Assembly (NCBI GenBank): GCA_951406725.2
Contig: OX597818.1
Coordinates: 28,644,001 to 28,708,000 of the forward strand
Direction: 5' to 3'
Length of the DNA: 64,000 nucleotides
DNA from: Octopus vulgaris
Taxonomy: Eukaryota
The notes beneath the pieces were generated by a model that saw nothing but the letters and a program-made list of their open reading frames with translations, ran no database searches and was not told the origin of the DNA. The first letter of the stretch is position 1, and each line of letters begins with the position of its first letter. A program made the translations under genes and the position numbers. Positions 26,291-39,599 of this stretch are shown here, one piece after another.

Positions 26291-27455
26291 GAAGGGGAAG
26301 ATGATTACAATGATGTATAGCTATCATTCTGGAGTGGATCACAAAATGAACATAGAAAATTTAGCACTATTTTGTAAGGAGAGTTAAAGACAAATATCAC
26401 ACCATGTGTGGACCAACAGCCATTCTGGTTTCAATTAGTCTACAAGAAAGCCGGCATGAAAGCCATGCAATTTTGGAATTGTATAAGAGATATTAAAACA
26501 ATTTTCCTTTCATAATAAATCATACTTTGTAAACAATCCCTCAGACATTTCCTAATGCATTTCCATTTTTGCATAATTGTATGAATTCCTGTGTGTAGAA
26601 TACAAATTCACAAATATTTTCTGAAAATTCCAAGATATAAAAAATTTATGAGGGGTTATATGGTGTGCATAAAGCAGAATTTCGTCAATATTACATTTGT
26701 TTACAGTTGACATCACGTGCTGGAACATACAAAATGACAGCTTCCAAATTCTGTTTTATGACTGGATAAAAATTATGAAACTTTAAACTTCTGTAACTTT
26801 TTTTTTTTTAATTTCTGGAAAAAGTGAATTAGCCCCTGAGATTCAGTGTGGAGAATTGCATCAATACACCAAATTTTAAAATTTTCAATAAACTTTAAAA
26901 TTACCAAAGAAAAAACTCCAGCTCAATCTGAATGTATACTTCACAGCACTATCATAAATCTACAAATTGTAAATAAAGTAAAATCTATTAACACATCTGT
27001 TTCAAGATGCACAATTCGTACAAGCAGTATCAGCCAATGTCAAAGTACACATACCACCACCATCATCAAAACCCCCACCCCACCAAATACTAATTAAACT
27101 TTACAGCTTCCACATACGTAACCAGGAATCCTAAAATCTGTCAGTATTCTCAATGTGACATTGTAGAAAAATGGAGAGCTTCTGATGTTGTTTTTCATTC
27201 TAGTATGCTACAAGTGTTCATGCTAACACAGGTTATTCTGTCTTCAACTGTGTCTGTAGCATCAAATGAGCAAACATCCAGTACATTCACCATTTGAAGA
27301 ACAGGCTCTGTACCACAATGACACAGCACCCTCTAGCACATAGTGCCATAATGCATAATAAAAATGTATTGCACATCCTTGTAGAAAGTTTCATTACAAA
27401 AACGAGTGCACAAAGAAAAGTTTTGGGAATGATTTGAGACACTTTTCCATGTGTA

Positions 27456-28556
27456 CGAATGTGGGATGAAAATTTCATAGGCTGACTATAAAAGAGTGAT
27501 GCAAGAGCTGTAAAATCTTGCTTGCATTAATTTCAGTTCTCCTAATTAATAAATGCATTGTTTCTTTCCAGATATAATGATATCTGACTGTCTGGAGAAA
27601 ACTTCAAAAATAACTATTAGCAACTTCTCTAGAAAACAGACAAAATTTGGTATCATGCTGTAATCAAGTACCTGCAGGGAAAGGTACTTTTTATGTACAG
27701 CAAATTGGCATACAAGGAATCAAATGTAGCATGTAAAAATGAAGACTGCACTGGTTTGGTTATGTGATGTATATGGATGAGAACAGTTGCATAAAGAAAT
27801 GCTGGTCATTTAAAGTGGATGGAACTTCTCAAGGACATTCATGCCGACATTATTCATGTAGACATGATACATTAAGGGTTGACACTCCTGCCTTGTTGTC
27901 AGTACAAAAGTGGCAGCTAAATTTAGCAAGGGAAGAGATAGTCTTCAGAAAAATCATGGTTTGGATGTCCTGCAGCTGCTCCTGCTGCCACCACGGAAAA
28001 CATTGTGTTCATCACATAATGATGAATGAAAGGCGATTGACTATAAATTAAATACCCAGTGCTATTAGCATATCCTGTGAGAGAGTTGAGACTATTCTGC
28101 AAAATGAACATAGCATGATGAAGGTTTCTGCTCGCTGAGTGTCACATGTTCTGACACCTGATCAAAAATGCATCAGGTTGATCACATGAGAACATCTGAC
28201 ATTGAGGTGGATCCAGCACGTTTCCTTGATTGTTTCCTAACCCAGGATGTTTTTGGGTTCATTACATTGAGCCAGAGACAAAGAAGCAATCCATGCAGTG
28301 GAAAGAAACACCTCTCTTCACCTGCTCCACTGAAGGACAAGGTTGTTTCATCTACAGAGAAGGTTATGGCCCCGATTTTTTGGAATATAAAAGACATTGT
28401 GCTTATTGACTGTCTTCATAAGGGTCACACTTTCAATGGAGAGTGCTATGCCAACTTGCTAAGGCAGTTATGAAAGACTACTAAGACCAAACGCCCAGGA
28501 AGACTGATGAAGAGGGCCGTGTTTCATCAGGAGAATGCTCTAGCACACAGGTCCTA
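27456..28556 (+). mobile_element. Decayed 3'-truncated mariner element
   Basis: TA plus cgaatgtgggatgaaaatttcataggctgac is a TIR-like start. Protein fragments VIKYLQ, KDIHAD, KVSAR, EKVMAPIFW, GECYANLLRQL and FHQENALAH. Confidence 0.8.
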
Positions 28557-28708
28557 TTCAGTCGACCCCCATAATAAAAACATTATTATACTTCTGTTTT
28601 GGTATTAAGAATGAAAAGTCTATCTTATTCGTAGAAACTTTTGGACTTTGCTTTGCACACCCCAAGCAAATTTAGTTCCTGGTCACTGGATGAGTGTCTA
28701 ATGGCGTC

Positions 28709-28807
28709 ACTGAGCTAATGTATGCATATACAGACTTGAGACGGATATGTGTCTGTATGTATGTCACACACATCCGTCTGAAGACTGTATACGCATCGTA
28801 GCACAGT
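28709..28807 (-). ncRNA. Candidate pri-miRNA-like hairpin
   Basis: About 30-bp arms at 28722-28751 and 28767-28796 differ at 4 positions, two of which become G-U pairs on the minus strand. A basal stem extends the hairpin. Confidence 0.35.
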
Positions 28808-28878
28808 ATCTCTAATGTACATATGCATGCACACACAAACACGATTTATAACTTTTAGACGGATGTAAACAGTTCATA

Positions 28879-28911
<33 letters not shown>

Positions 28912-29633
28912 GGTGTACCTACACAAGTGTGCCCCACCACCGATTTGTTTTCTCATAACTTACTTTTTCGAATGAAATGCTTTACAATTGGAATTCAGAA
29001 GGTGTAGATTTCGATTATATTGAAACTTGTTGCGAAAAAGTTTTTCCGAGTGTCGGGAGAGCAGTTTCGGAAAATTTATACGAGTTGGTTTTGTTTCTAC
29101 CTAACTTTCAATAAAATAGATTTTTCGTTTAGGAAATTTTCTATAAATATCTTTCAAACAGTGTATATTAATACTTTATCGTATTTAAAATGAAAGAGTA
29201 ATTGGCGGTCTCGCACGCATACACACTGATATAAATCACAAAATGAAACTCGAAAGTTCAATAAGAATTGTGATGTTTGTCATTATAAATGGGAGCAAGC
29301 CCACATCTTTTTGTTTTCTTTTACATATTAAATTCCAATACAAACATAATCTACATTATCTGAATGGAGTTTATAGAAAATTTCATTAAAAAAGGGAAAG
29401 AAATGTCCAGTTTCCTGAAAGGTATGAGAAAACAAAACAGACTTTTGTGAATTTTCGGAAATTCTCTTCCCCACCTTCGAGAAATTTTTTTCTATAACTA
29501 ATGCCGATATAACTAGAATCTGCACCATCTGAAGTATATTTATAACATTTCATTAAAAGATATCAATTTTTCAGGACGTGACGAGGAAACAAATCGGGTA
29601 GATGGTGGTGAGGACAAACACGGATAAATTACC
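28912..29633. mobile_element. Old foldback/MITE-like DNA element with long imperfect TIRs
   Basis: Three inverted block pairs: 28934-28953 vs 29585-29610, 28993-29030 vs 29496-29533, and 29038-29076 vs 29450-29487. Confidence 0.55.
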
Positions 29634-29965
29634 AAAACAAACACGTAGGTATGACACACACATGTGTGTGTCACCTTGTCTTTCGAATTATTAAAACAAA
29701 ATTCAAGTCTTACAGTTTTGTTGTGTGATATGCAGCGGTTGAAAGGAGTTTTGCAAACACCACTACAAGTTTCCGTGTGAGTGTGTGTGTGTTGAAGTAT
29801 ATAAATGTGTTTAGATAGACATATATATGTTTCAAATAATACATGTAACTCCTACAAAATGTGTTGAGAGCCCTTTTTTTTTCGTTTGTCCACTAACTCG
29901 TGTGTGTGTGTGTGTGTATAATTGATATACATATATCGTCAGTAAATCATAAATGCGAATAAGCA

Positions 29966-30024
<59 letters not shown>

Positions 30025-30429
30025 TGTATAGAGATAATATATATATATATGTATTATCGGATAACAATAAAAAAAATTATCAACGTGTGTCTACACATTT
30101 TATGCGTGCATGTTTACATAAGCTACTGTGCTTTTTGTGAGGCGCTTAAATAGACATAAAACCTCCAAATTTAAACCGAATATGAACTTAAACTTCTGTA
30201 GTTGGACAGTTGAAATTATAAAGCAAGTTGTGTTTTCTTGTATTCAAGCTTTAGATGAATATTAAACATTTACTTACCGACAACAATGATATCCTGACAT
30301 TTACATTATATAGTGTAAACGCGGATGTAAAACTTAAACCAAGCCCGTTTAGAAGGATCAGAATATATTTTTACCTTGCTTACATAGATATCGACAACCT
30401 TTAGGACAACCAATTGTTTTGTTGTCTAC

Positions 30430-30470
<41 letters not shown>

Positions 30471-30934
30471 TCTTTCTCTCTTACCCTCACTATAACTATC
30501 GTTTTATTATCGTCTAACCAATTAGGTTATGTAGATAAATAAGCTGAAAGCATTTCAATGTTGTATGTCCGTTTAGACTCTTCTACTTTCGCTTCCTTCT
30601 TTTTTTTCTCTGTGTAATTTATTCTTCTCTCTTTCTTCTACTCTATTTTCACTTCCATTCCACCGTATAAAGAATGAAACCATTCATCACAGAGAGAGGG
30701 GGTGAAGAGAGAGACAGCGGTTATAAATTGTTTTCTTTGTCTCCCTAATTCTTGGCTTTAGTTTTGGCTCTCTAATTTCGATTTTGTTCACCTCCACCCA
30801 CCTCTTTCTCATTTTCAGGAGTTATTCTTTTTACACTATCCCCAACTCCACATCTCAAAGTTGGCTCTCGTTTATTAAACATCGTTCCTCTGAGCTTGGG
30901 TTACCTTCAGACAGTTCTGCACCGTGAAAGCCAC

Positions 30935-32310
30935 CATCATCTTCATCATCGTTATCATCACCATCATCATCCTCCCCATCATGATCATCATTTTACATCT
31001 GTCTTCCATGCTGTTATTGGCTGGACGTGTCTTGCTGTGGAGGAGATATATGGCTATTCCAACTGAAAAGGGAGAAAATATGGTGGTGATGAGATGTCAG
31101 AGCATATCTTCAAGGGACAGGGGACAAGGAGGGGTGGATGAGTAAGTTCACAAGTGAATGAAAGGGGAAGGACGAATGGTTCGAGATGGAGATAGAGATG
31201 AAATGTAGTGGATGGTGAACATGGATAAAAGCAATCAATTGCGAATTTCAGTTTGGAAAGAAGTGAAGGAAAATAGGAATGGATCGGGGGAAGATGAGGT
31301 GATAAGTGGCAATACTTAAAGGGTCAGTTGTGGAGAGAAATAGAGGAGTGTGTGGAGTTGGGGAAAGAGGTAAGTACTGTACAGAGGTACATAAAGATCA
31401 AAACGGTGAGTAACAAACAAAGGTGGGAAAGCCCAACAATAGCTGATGTGTGAATGTGTTTGGGGTTAATGGGGCATTCAGTGGAAAATATAGTGGTGAA
31501 AGATGACATTGCAAATAAAAGATGGTTGACAAGGGAAGTGGTTCCAAGTAGAAATGGTTCCAAAAACAAAAGTTGGATGAACTATGTGCAGTTTTGTTCT
31601 CATATGATTATAGTAGTTGCATAAATAGTGCCATAATTGAGTGATGGAGGAGCTGATGTTATAAAGAAAGTTGTAGGGAAGGTTTGATTGGGACAGATTT
31701 CTTGTGGGATTATAGGCATATACAATATGCTTTTAGAATCTTGATTTTTGGCGAGATAGAAAGGTCTTCTTTAGCACAGCAAGTCACCAGTCATCTCTGT
31801 TTATATCATCTCTTGCATGAGGCTCAATATCATGAAATTGATCTTCATTACGTCATCCCATATCTTCCTGGGTTTCCCTCTTCCATAAATTCCATCCACA
31901 TTTAGCAATCAGCACATCTTTATGCAGCTGTCCTCATCAATGTGGATCACATTACCATACCATTGCAGTCTTCTCCCTTGCACACTTCACCAGGTGGCTC
32001 TTATGCCCAATTTTTCTCTGAACAGATTTCCTCTTTGCAGTATATTGCCTTTTGACATGGCACATCTGGTAAAGCATACTAATTTCATTTCTTTGTAATC
32101 TTAACATGTCTTCTGCTTTCATGGACTATGTTTCACTACCATGTAACATTGCTTGTCATGTACACTATCAGTCTGAGAGAGACACTTTGATATCAACAGA
32201 GGTAATAGCTCTCAGAACTTTCTTCAGTCACTTCTAATTTTAGCAACTGTGCTTTCAGAACATCCTACTCCTCTACTAATTAGGTCATCTAGTTAACTGC
32301 AACTACCTTC
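30935..32310 (-). mobile_element. Decayed RTE 3' fragment with purine-rich UTR
   Basis: (CAT)n tail at 30935-30990. Minus-strand RT C-terminal remnants at 31850-32300 (KFxELLPLL, RRLQWYG) mirror 24900-26290. Confidence 0.6.
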
Positions 32311-32475
32311 TATCTATAAGTAGATTAAATGCACTTGAACCCAGGTAGTACAATCATAGCTCACTTTGAGGGAACATCAACCCACTGGAAAGAATGGATC
32401 CAAATGTATCACATTAACAAAATATGGAATATTTACTACTGAAATAAATGTGATTGCTTTGAATCACAAGTGATT

Positions 32476-33746
<1,271 letters not shown>

Positions 33747-33779
33747 TATATATATATATATATATATCACCCACAAGGA

Positions 33780-34666
33780 GACAAATGAGCAAAGTAATTA
33801 CTATATATAATGAAAAATAAAGGCATTAGAGGAGCAATGCATACCCAGTGTGCAAATAATTTTTTCATAAATTATAGTGTGGCTTACAATGCACTGCTTG
33901 CCCATGCTTTTTAAACTGAAGTGAAATAATTTTTTTTAAGTATCACCATTATAGGTATTTATACTCCAGTGAAATTAAGAAATCAACTTATCTATAAATG
34001 AAACCCTCAACTCTATCAGTGTACACACTCACACATGCACATACACATACACATGCACATACATACACACAATTACATATCTAAGTATGTATTTGTGTAT
34101 GTGCCCACACATGTCTATGTGCATAGGTACACCATGAATTATACACATGCAGAAGAGGGTGATTCATATGAAAAAGAAAGTGAGCAAAATAATATGACCA
34201 CTTCTCAGGAAATTTGAAAGGTTGATTTAAAAAAAAAATTAAGTATCACCATTACACAAACACAGACACACACACACACAGACACACACACACACACATA
34301 CACACACATACACACATACAGTCACATATTTATGTATGTATGTATGCACACGTGTCTACATGCATAGTTACACCATGACCTATACACATGCAGACGAGGG
34401 TCAATTCATATGAAAAAGAAAGTGAACAAAATAATACGACTGTTTACTTATCGGGAAATTTGTAAGTTCAATTTAAAAAAACAGGGGGGGGGTCAGATAA
34501 TCAAACCAGTCATTCATCATTTTGAACTACTCACCCAGTGAGTATTTCTACCAAATGTAGTGAAAATTCATTCAGCCATTTTCCAGTAATTTTACAATCA
34601 CACAGACAAACAGAAAAAGGCAAGTGATTACAATACCCTGCTTTCACTTATGCGTGCAGGGTAATG
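33780..34666. mobile_element. Possible Helentron-associated non-autonomous element with an internal tandem duplication
   Basis: Terminal hairpin accctgc...gcagggtaat preceded by cagacaaac...gtgattacaat. Internal blocks 34105-34230 and 34345-34475 are diverged direct repeats. Confidence 0.4.
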
Positions 34667-34739
34667 TTGAGAAATAATGATTGTCTTAAAAAGTGCTGAA
34701 AAAGAAAGCCTACAGGAAATATAAGTTAACATACTTATA

Positions 34740-35297
34740 CAGTGATTCCTCGCTTCTTCACGGTTCAACTATTGCGGATTCATGACTTTGCAGATTTTTA
34801 AAATATATATATATGAACACCTAAAATTTTTCATTGCTCTTTGAACAGAAAAAGAAGCAGCAGCAGCAACTTCCTATCACAATGTTTTTGCAGCCTCGCA
34901 AAAAAGAGCCAGTTCCTGGTGCTACTACTACTGTTGCACCTTCGGAAGAAGTGGAAGAGATGTCCCAGGAAAGGGCATTGCCGTCAGCTTCATCATCATC
35001 ATTTCTACTGCGCAGCAAATTCATCACTATCATCATTCAAATTTAACTTCAACTTCTTTCGTTTTGAGTACAGTAACAATCTTTATTTTTTTTAAATCTA
35101 AAGTGTTATTGCTTAACAATTGTCCTTGTTATTAATAGACTACTGTAATGGGGGGGTTGTTAACAGTACAGGGAGGGTTTTAAAAGTCCAAATACACATT
35201 AAATAAATACTGTAAATTTGGTGTCCCTACTTCGCAGAAATTCAGTTATCGCGGCCGGTCTCGGAACCAATCTACCACAAAAAACGAGGGATCACTG
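34740..35297 (+). mobile_element. Tigger/pogo-type internally deleted element
   Basis: TIRs CAGTGATTCCTCG and CGAGGGATCACTG with TA on both sides. Retains a transposase C-terminal-like stretch LLFEQKKKQQQQLPITMF. Confidence 0.8.
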
Positions 35298-35637
35298 TAT
35301 ACATGCCAGTAGGTATATCATAAATAGATACACATGAACCTAGGCAGTATAGTCTTATTTCATCTATGTGATATATTTTGTCACTGAGAATGCAGATAGA
35401 CTCGACAAGTTGTGGTGCTATAGCTTTATGTCTGAAATAAATAGGAAGAATAATCATCAAATACATCACATAAACATTAGACATCTTGATATTTTGGTAA
35501 CTATTCAACTCTGAACCACTGTTGAACTGAAGAGAGTTACTAATTTAGCCACATGTAGTTGTTGATCCAAACATGAATGCATACATATGTACATAAGTAC
35601 AGATGCACAAGCAAACACACTTATGCATGCATGCACG

Positions 35638-35771
35638 CATACATACATACATACATACATACATACATACATACATACATACATACATACATACATACAT
35701 ACATACATACATACATACATACATACATACATACATACATACATACATACATACATACATACATACATACA
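35638..35771. repeat. (TACA)n tetranucleotide microsatellite
   Basis: Read directly from the sequence. Confidence 0.97.
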
Positions 35772-35929
35772 GTCATGCATATCATGGTATTCATTACAGA
35801 TATGTTGGTAATGTGGACTATTCATTTTCATGGATAATGTTTATTAACCCCAATAGTTTTTGCCTTAATACAAGCCTGGGAAAAGAAATGCTAATCTTCT
35901 TTGAGTAAATGCAAAGAAACAACCTTTTT

Positions 35930-38870
35930 TGAAAAGGTTGTAGTATAAATCAAACAGTGAAGTACATACCACATGAAATGTTGCTATACATACACCATGT
36001 TGATGAAAAAACCTGGAGTCAACTATTGCATGTTGTGAAACTATTGAGAAACATTGCAGTGAACTTTTAAATTGAACCAAGACCTATACCAGTTCTATAG
36101 AGAAGCTACAGAAGCTCCCTCAATAGGCTACATGAGGAGACTTAAAGAATATTTGGATAGGAAATACCCAACACTCTCAAATTTTTCAGAGAAACATTTG
36201 CACCAGCAATCTACATGTATTGCAAAGAAATATGCCATCCCACTAAGCAAAATCACCCAGCCAAAATGCACAAATGATAATACTTGTATTAATGGCACAG
36301 TAAACTTTTCTCCACTAAGAAACTGTGAATAACAAGAAACACAAACCAAGACAAACACAACAACAAACTGCTACCACTACACAAACAAGTGGCAGCCACA
36401 TATGATCTCACATAAACAAGTAAGGAATATAAAATAGTAAAATCACAGCTTGCATCAAAGTTCAAACAAAACTTTACTTCTTACATACATAAGGCACAAT
36501 ATGACAGAATGATACCGACACAAGATTTGGGAAAACCAATCAACCTGATGTTATCACTGATCAACAAAGTTGTAAGGGAACAAGTAGCTCAAATTCAAGT
36601 TCCCAGTTTTGGACAATAAATATCCTGCTATATTGTACTGCAGTAACTGTGTACAAAGGGATGGGAGTAAAAGAGCTCAATCCAAAAAATAATACTGAGC
36701 CAAAATGGATTACCAGCTTCCAGAATAACATCAATGTATTCAGGAAAAAGATAGAACTGTTGGACACTATCATCAAATATATAACTAAAAATTAATTCAT
36801 TTTAGATTTTCTAGATACAATAGATTCTCCAAACTGTATGGGAATTGCTGTCAAGAAACACTCACAAGCAAACTGATTACCATTAAACACAATCTACAAG
36901 CAGTAAGTGAAAAACTTTCTTACTGTAAAAAATTACATGCACGCAAAATGATAAATCAAAAGTTTGTCTGAAACCCACAAGCTGCATATGGCTGTATGAA
37001 AGGTGATACCACCAAGGTAGTAAATGCTCTTCCCCAGGAGATATAGACTCATTCAGGTGGAGAATCAGTAATGTAAACTAAAAACACAAGCTTGACACAG
37101 CATGAACTACAAGGTGAGTATTGTGTAAATGCCTCTCCCAAAATATATAATGTCACCAGTGAAACACAATCTGGTTTATTGTGGTTATTATAAAACTGCT
37201 GAATGGAAAATCACTAGGGATCTGATAGTGGGCTAGTGGTACAAAAAGTTAATGTTTTACCAGAAAATTCTTCTGACTATGTTTAAAAAACAATGAACAC
37301 TGAGCTAGATATATACCAGATCAGCTGACGTTTGCATGGACTATTCTTATCCCCCAAAACAAAGAGACTCACATGACCAAACACTCTAGCTCATAGCATG
37401 CTTGCATGTTATGTACAAACTGTACACGGTGTTAAAGACAACTGCCAAACAAATAGTGTTGATAACTGATGAACAAGCAGGTGGAAAGGAAGGAGTCTGG
37501 GACTGTATTGAACAGTTCCACCTCAACAAAACTGTCCTTAAAGAAGCCAAGCAGCATCTCCATAATTTCTTCTCAATATGGATAGACTACAAGAAGACTA
37601 CAGAATAACAAAAGAGTACTTTTGTAGAGTCCAGAAAATATGGAACTCAACACTCTAAATTTAACAAAACTATATCTCATAATGCTTTTGCAATGCTAGT
37701 GCTGGTACCAATATGTAAGATATTGGACTGGACACTTGATGAGATCCACAGCCTGGGCATCAAAACTAGAAAGGTACTGACCACCATTGATAACTTCTTC
37801 ATTAATAGCAACATTGATAGGATCTATGTGAGACGAGATGATGGCAGTTGAGGTATAAGTTCAGTTCAAACAGCCTTTGACTTTCACATTTTATCAGTCA
37901 GACAACACCTGCTGAACAATAAAGTAAGAAATGAATACATTTCATGTATACTCATAAGTGAGAGCAACAACATCTTCTGAGTTGTAGAACAACTGTGCTG
38001 GTATTCTGAGAATACAACTGTCTCATGTGACTCGAAGGAGGCTGGACTGGCTTTCCTAAAAAAGCAGCTTGGAGGAGAAACAGGGATAATACCAGAAAAA
38101 AGCAATACATAGGTACATATACCTTAAGCTAGATGATAACAGCAGGATTGACAGAAAGATTTGCCTCTCCTGGACCTGTGATAGATACATTACTTCCTAC
38201 CTGGAAGGATATGCCTTTGCTATCCAGGAACAGGTGATAATATCTAAATATCTGATAAACTACTAAATATCTGATAAACTACTAAATATCTGATAAACAA
38301 GAGAGACAAAGATACCACCAAACCTCCACATTGTGGGAGAAAATATCCACTCTGCTATACCAGTATGGAAGATATCACCCACATCATCAGTAACTCCCCC
38401 AAAATGTTTACAAGATACTACCTGGTCCTGAGATAAGACATAGCTGCAAAGACTATTTACAATGCCATCTGCAGGTAGGATTGCTCAGATTTATACATCA
38501 AAGGCATGTTAAAAGCAGCATGTATTTTACCCCTTTAAAAACAAGAAATACTGGTAGAACACTCCAAACAGCAATTCAGTGCAAACATAACAGAGCTGTT
38601 ATCTTTCTGTAGGACATAGAACAAAATTCATGCACTGTCATTGAGGTTAGCTGCCTAGTGGATGTGAATGTACCATTAAAAGACCTGGAAGAAGGGAACA
38701 TTTATGGTAAATTAATGCAGAACTTAAAAGCTCTTGTACTCTAACTTTGAATCCTCCTTTATTCCAAGCATCATAGCTATGTGCCTACAAATTTACACAA
38801 AAACCTAGAAATATTAGTTATTTTGAAAAAAGAGCAAAAGAAACTATTAGTGGCACAAGGAAGATTTGAG
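35930..38870 (+). mobile_element. Decayed R4/Dong-like non-LTR retrotransposon (RT plus restriction-like endonuclease), internally deleted
   Basis: GYMRRLKEY, EQAGGKEGVWDCIEQ, IWIDYKK, LEGYAFAIQEQ, EDITHIIS, CKHNRA and VIEVSC motifs occur in order. A ~19-bp unit is triplicated at 38243-38298. Confidence 0.75.
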
Positions 38871-39599
38871 TGTGTTCATTGACTGCTCAACCAACACACT
38901 AACACAACCACATATTTACAAACACCAGGAACTCTTTTGATTCAAAAAGTTTTGCCACGTTGTTAGCAACAGACGTGAACTCTTTTAAGAATAACTTAAA
39001 TAAAACTCAAACAAAAACATATATACATATATACATGCTTACACAGACACACACACACACACACACACACGCGCGCGCACGCACACAATACTTGCTGAGA
39101 GCTGTTGCACAATTGGCCTGGGAGAAAGAATATTCACTAAATATATGATGAATACTCTCACCAAAATGAATGCCATAATTATCAGCCTCATTAAATGATT
39201 CATTATTCTCCTGATTATATACACTGAAAAAACATTTTATTCACAGTTGTAGTTTAATTCACATTAAACTTGAATTTACCACACTTTAATTCACTTTAAA
39301 CTTGAATTTACCACACAGAAATCCATTACAAACAGCATCACTAGAAATGACAACTTAAAAGTAACTAAAGAAGAGTTGAAACAGGACATGGAGAGATGTA
39401 AACAAAATCTTTTCAGTTGTTGTTACAGAAGGAATCATAATTAATAAAACGTATTCTACTTGGAGTTATAAAACTTAATAATGATCTACTTAAAATGGCA
39501 AAAGAAGATCCTTTTTGACTATATGAAAACAATGAAATCATACTGCAATGAACTTCGTACAGAACTAAATTATTTCAAATAGAATAATTATGATAACAA

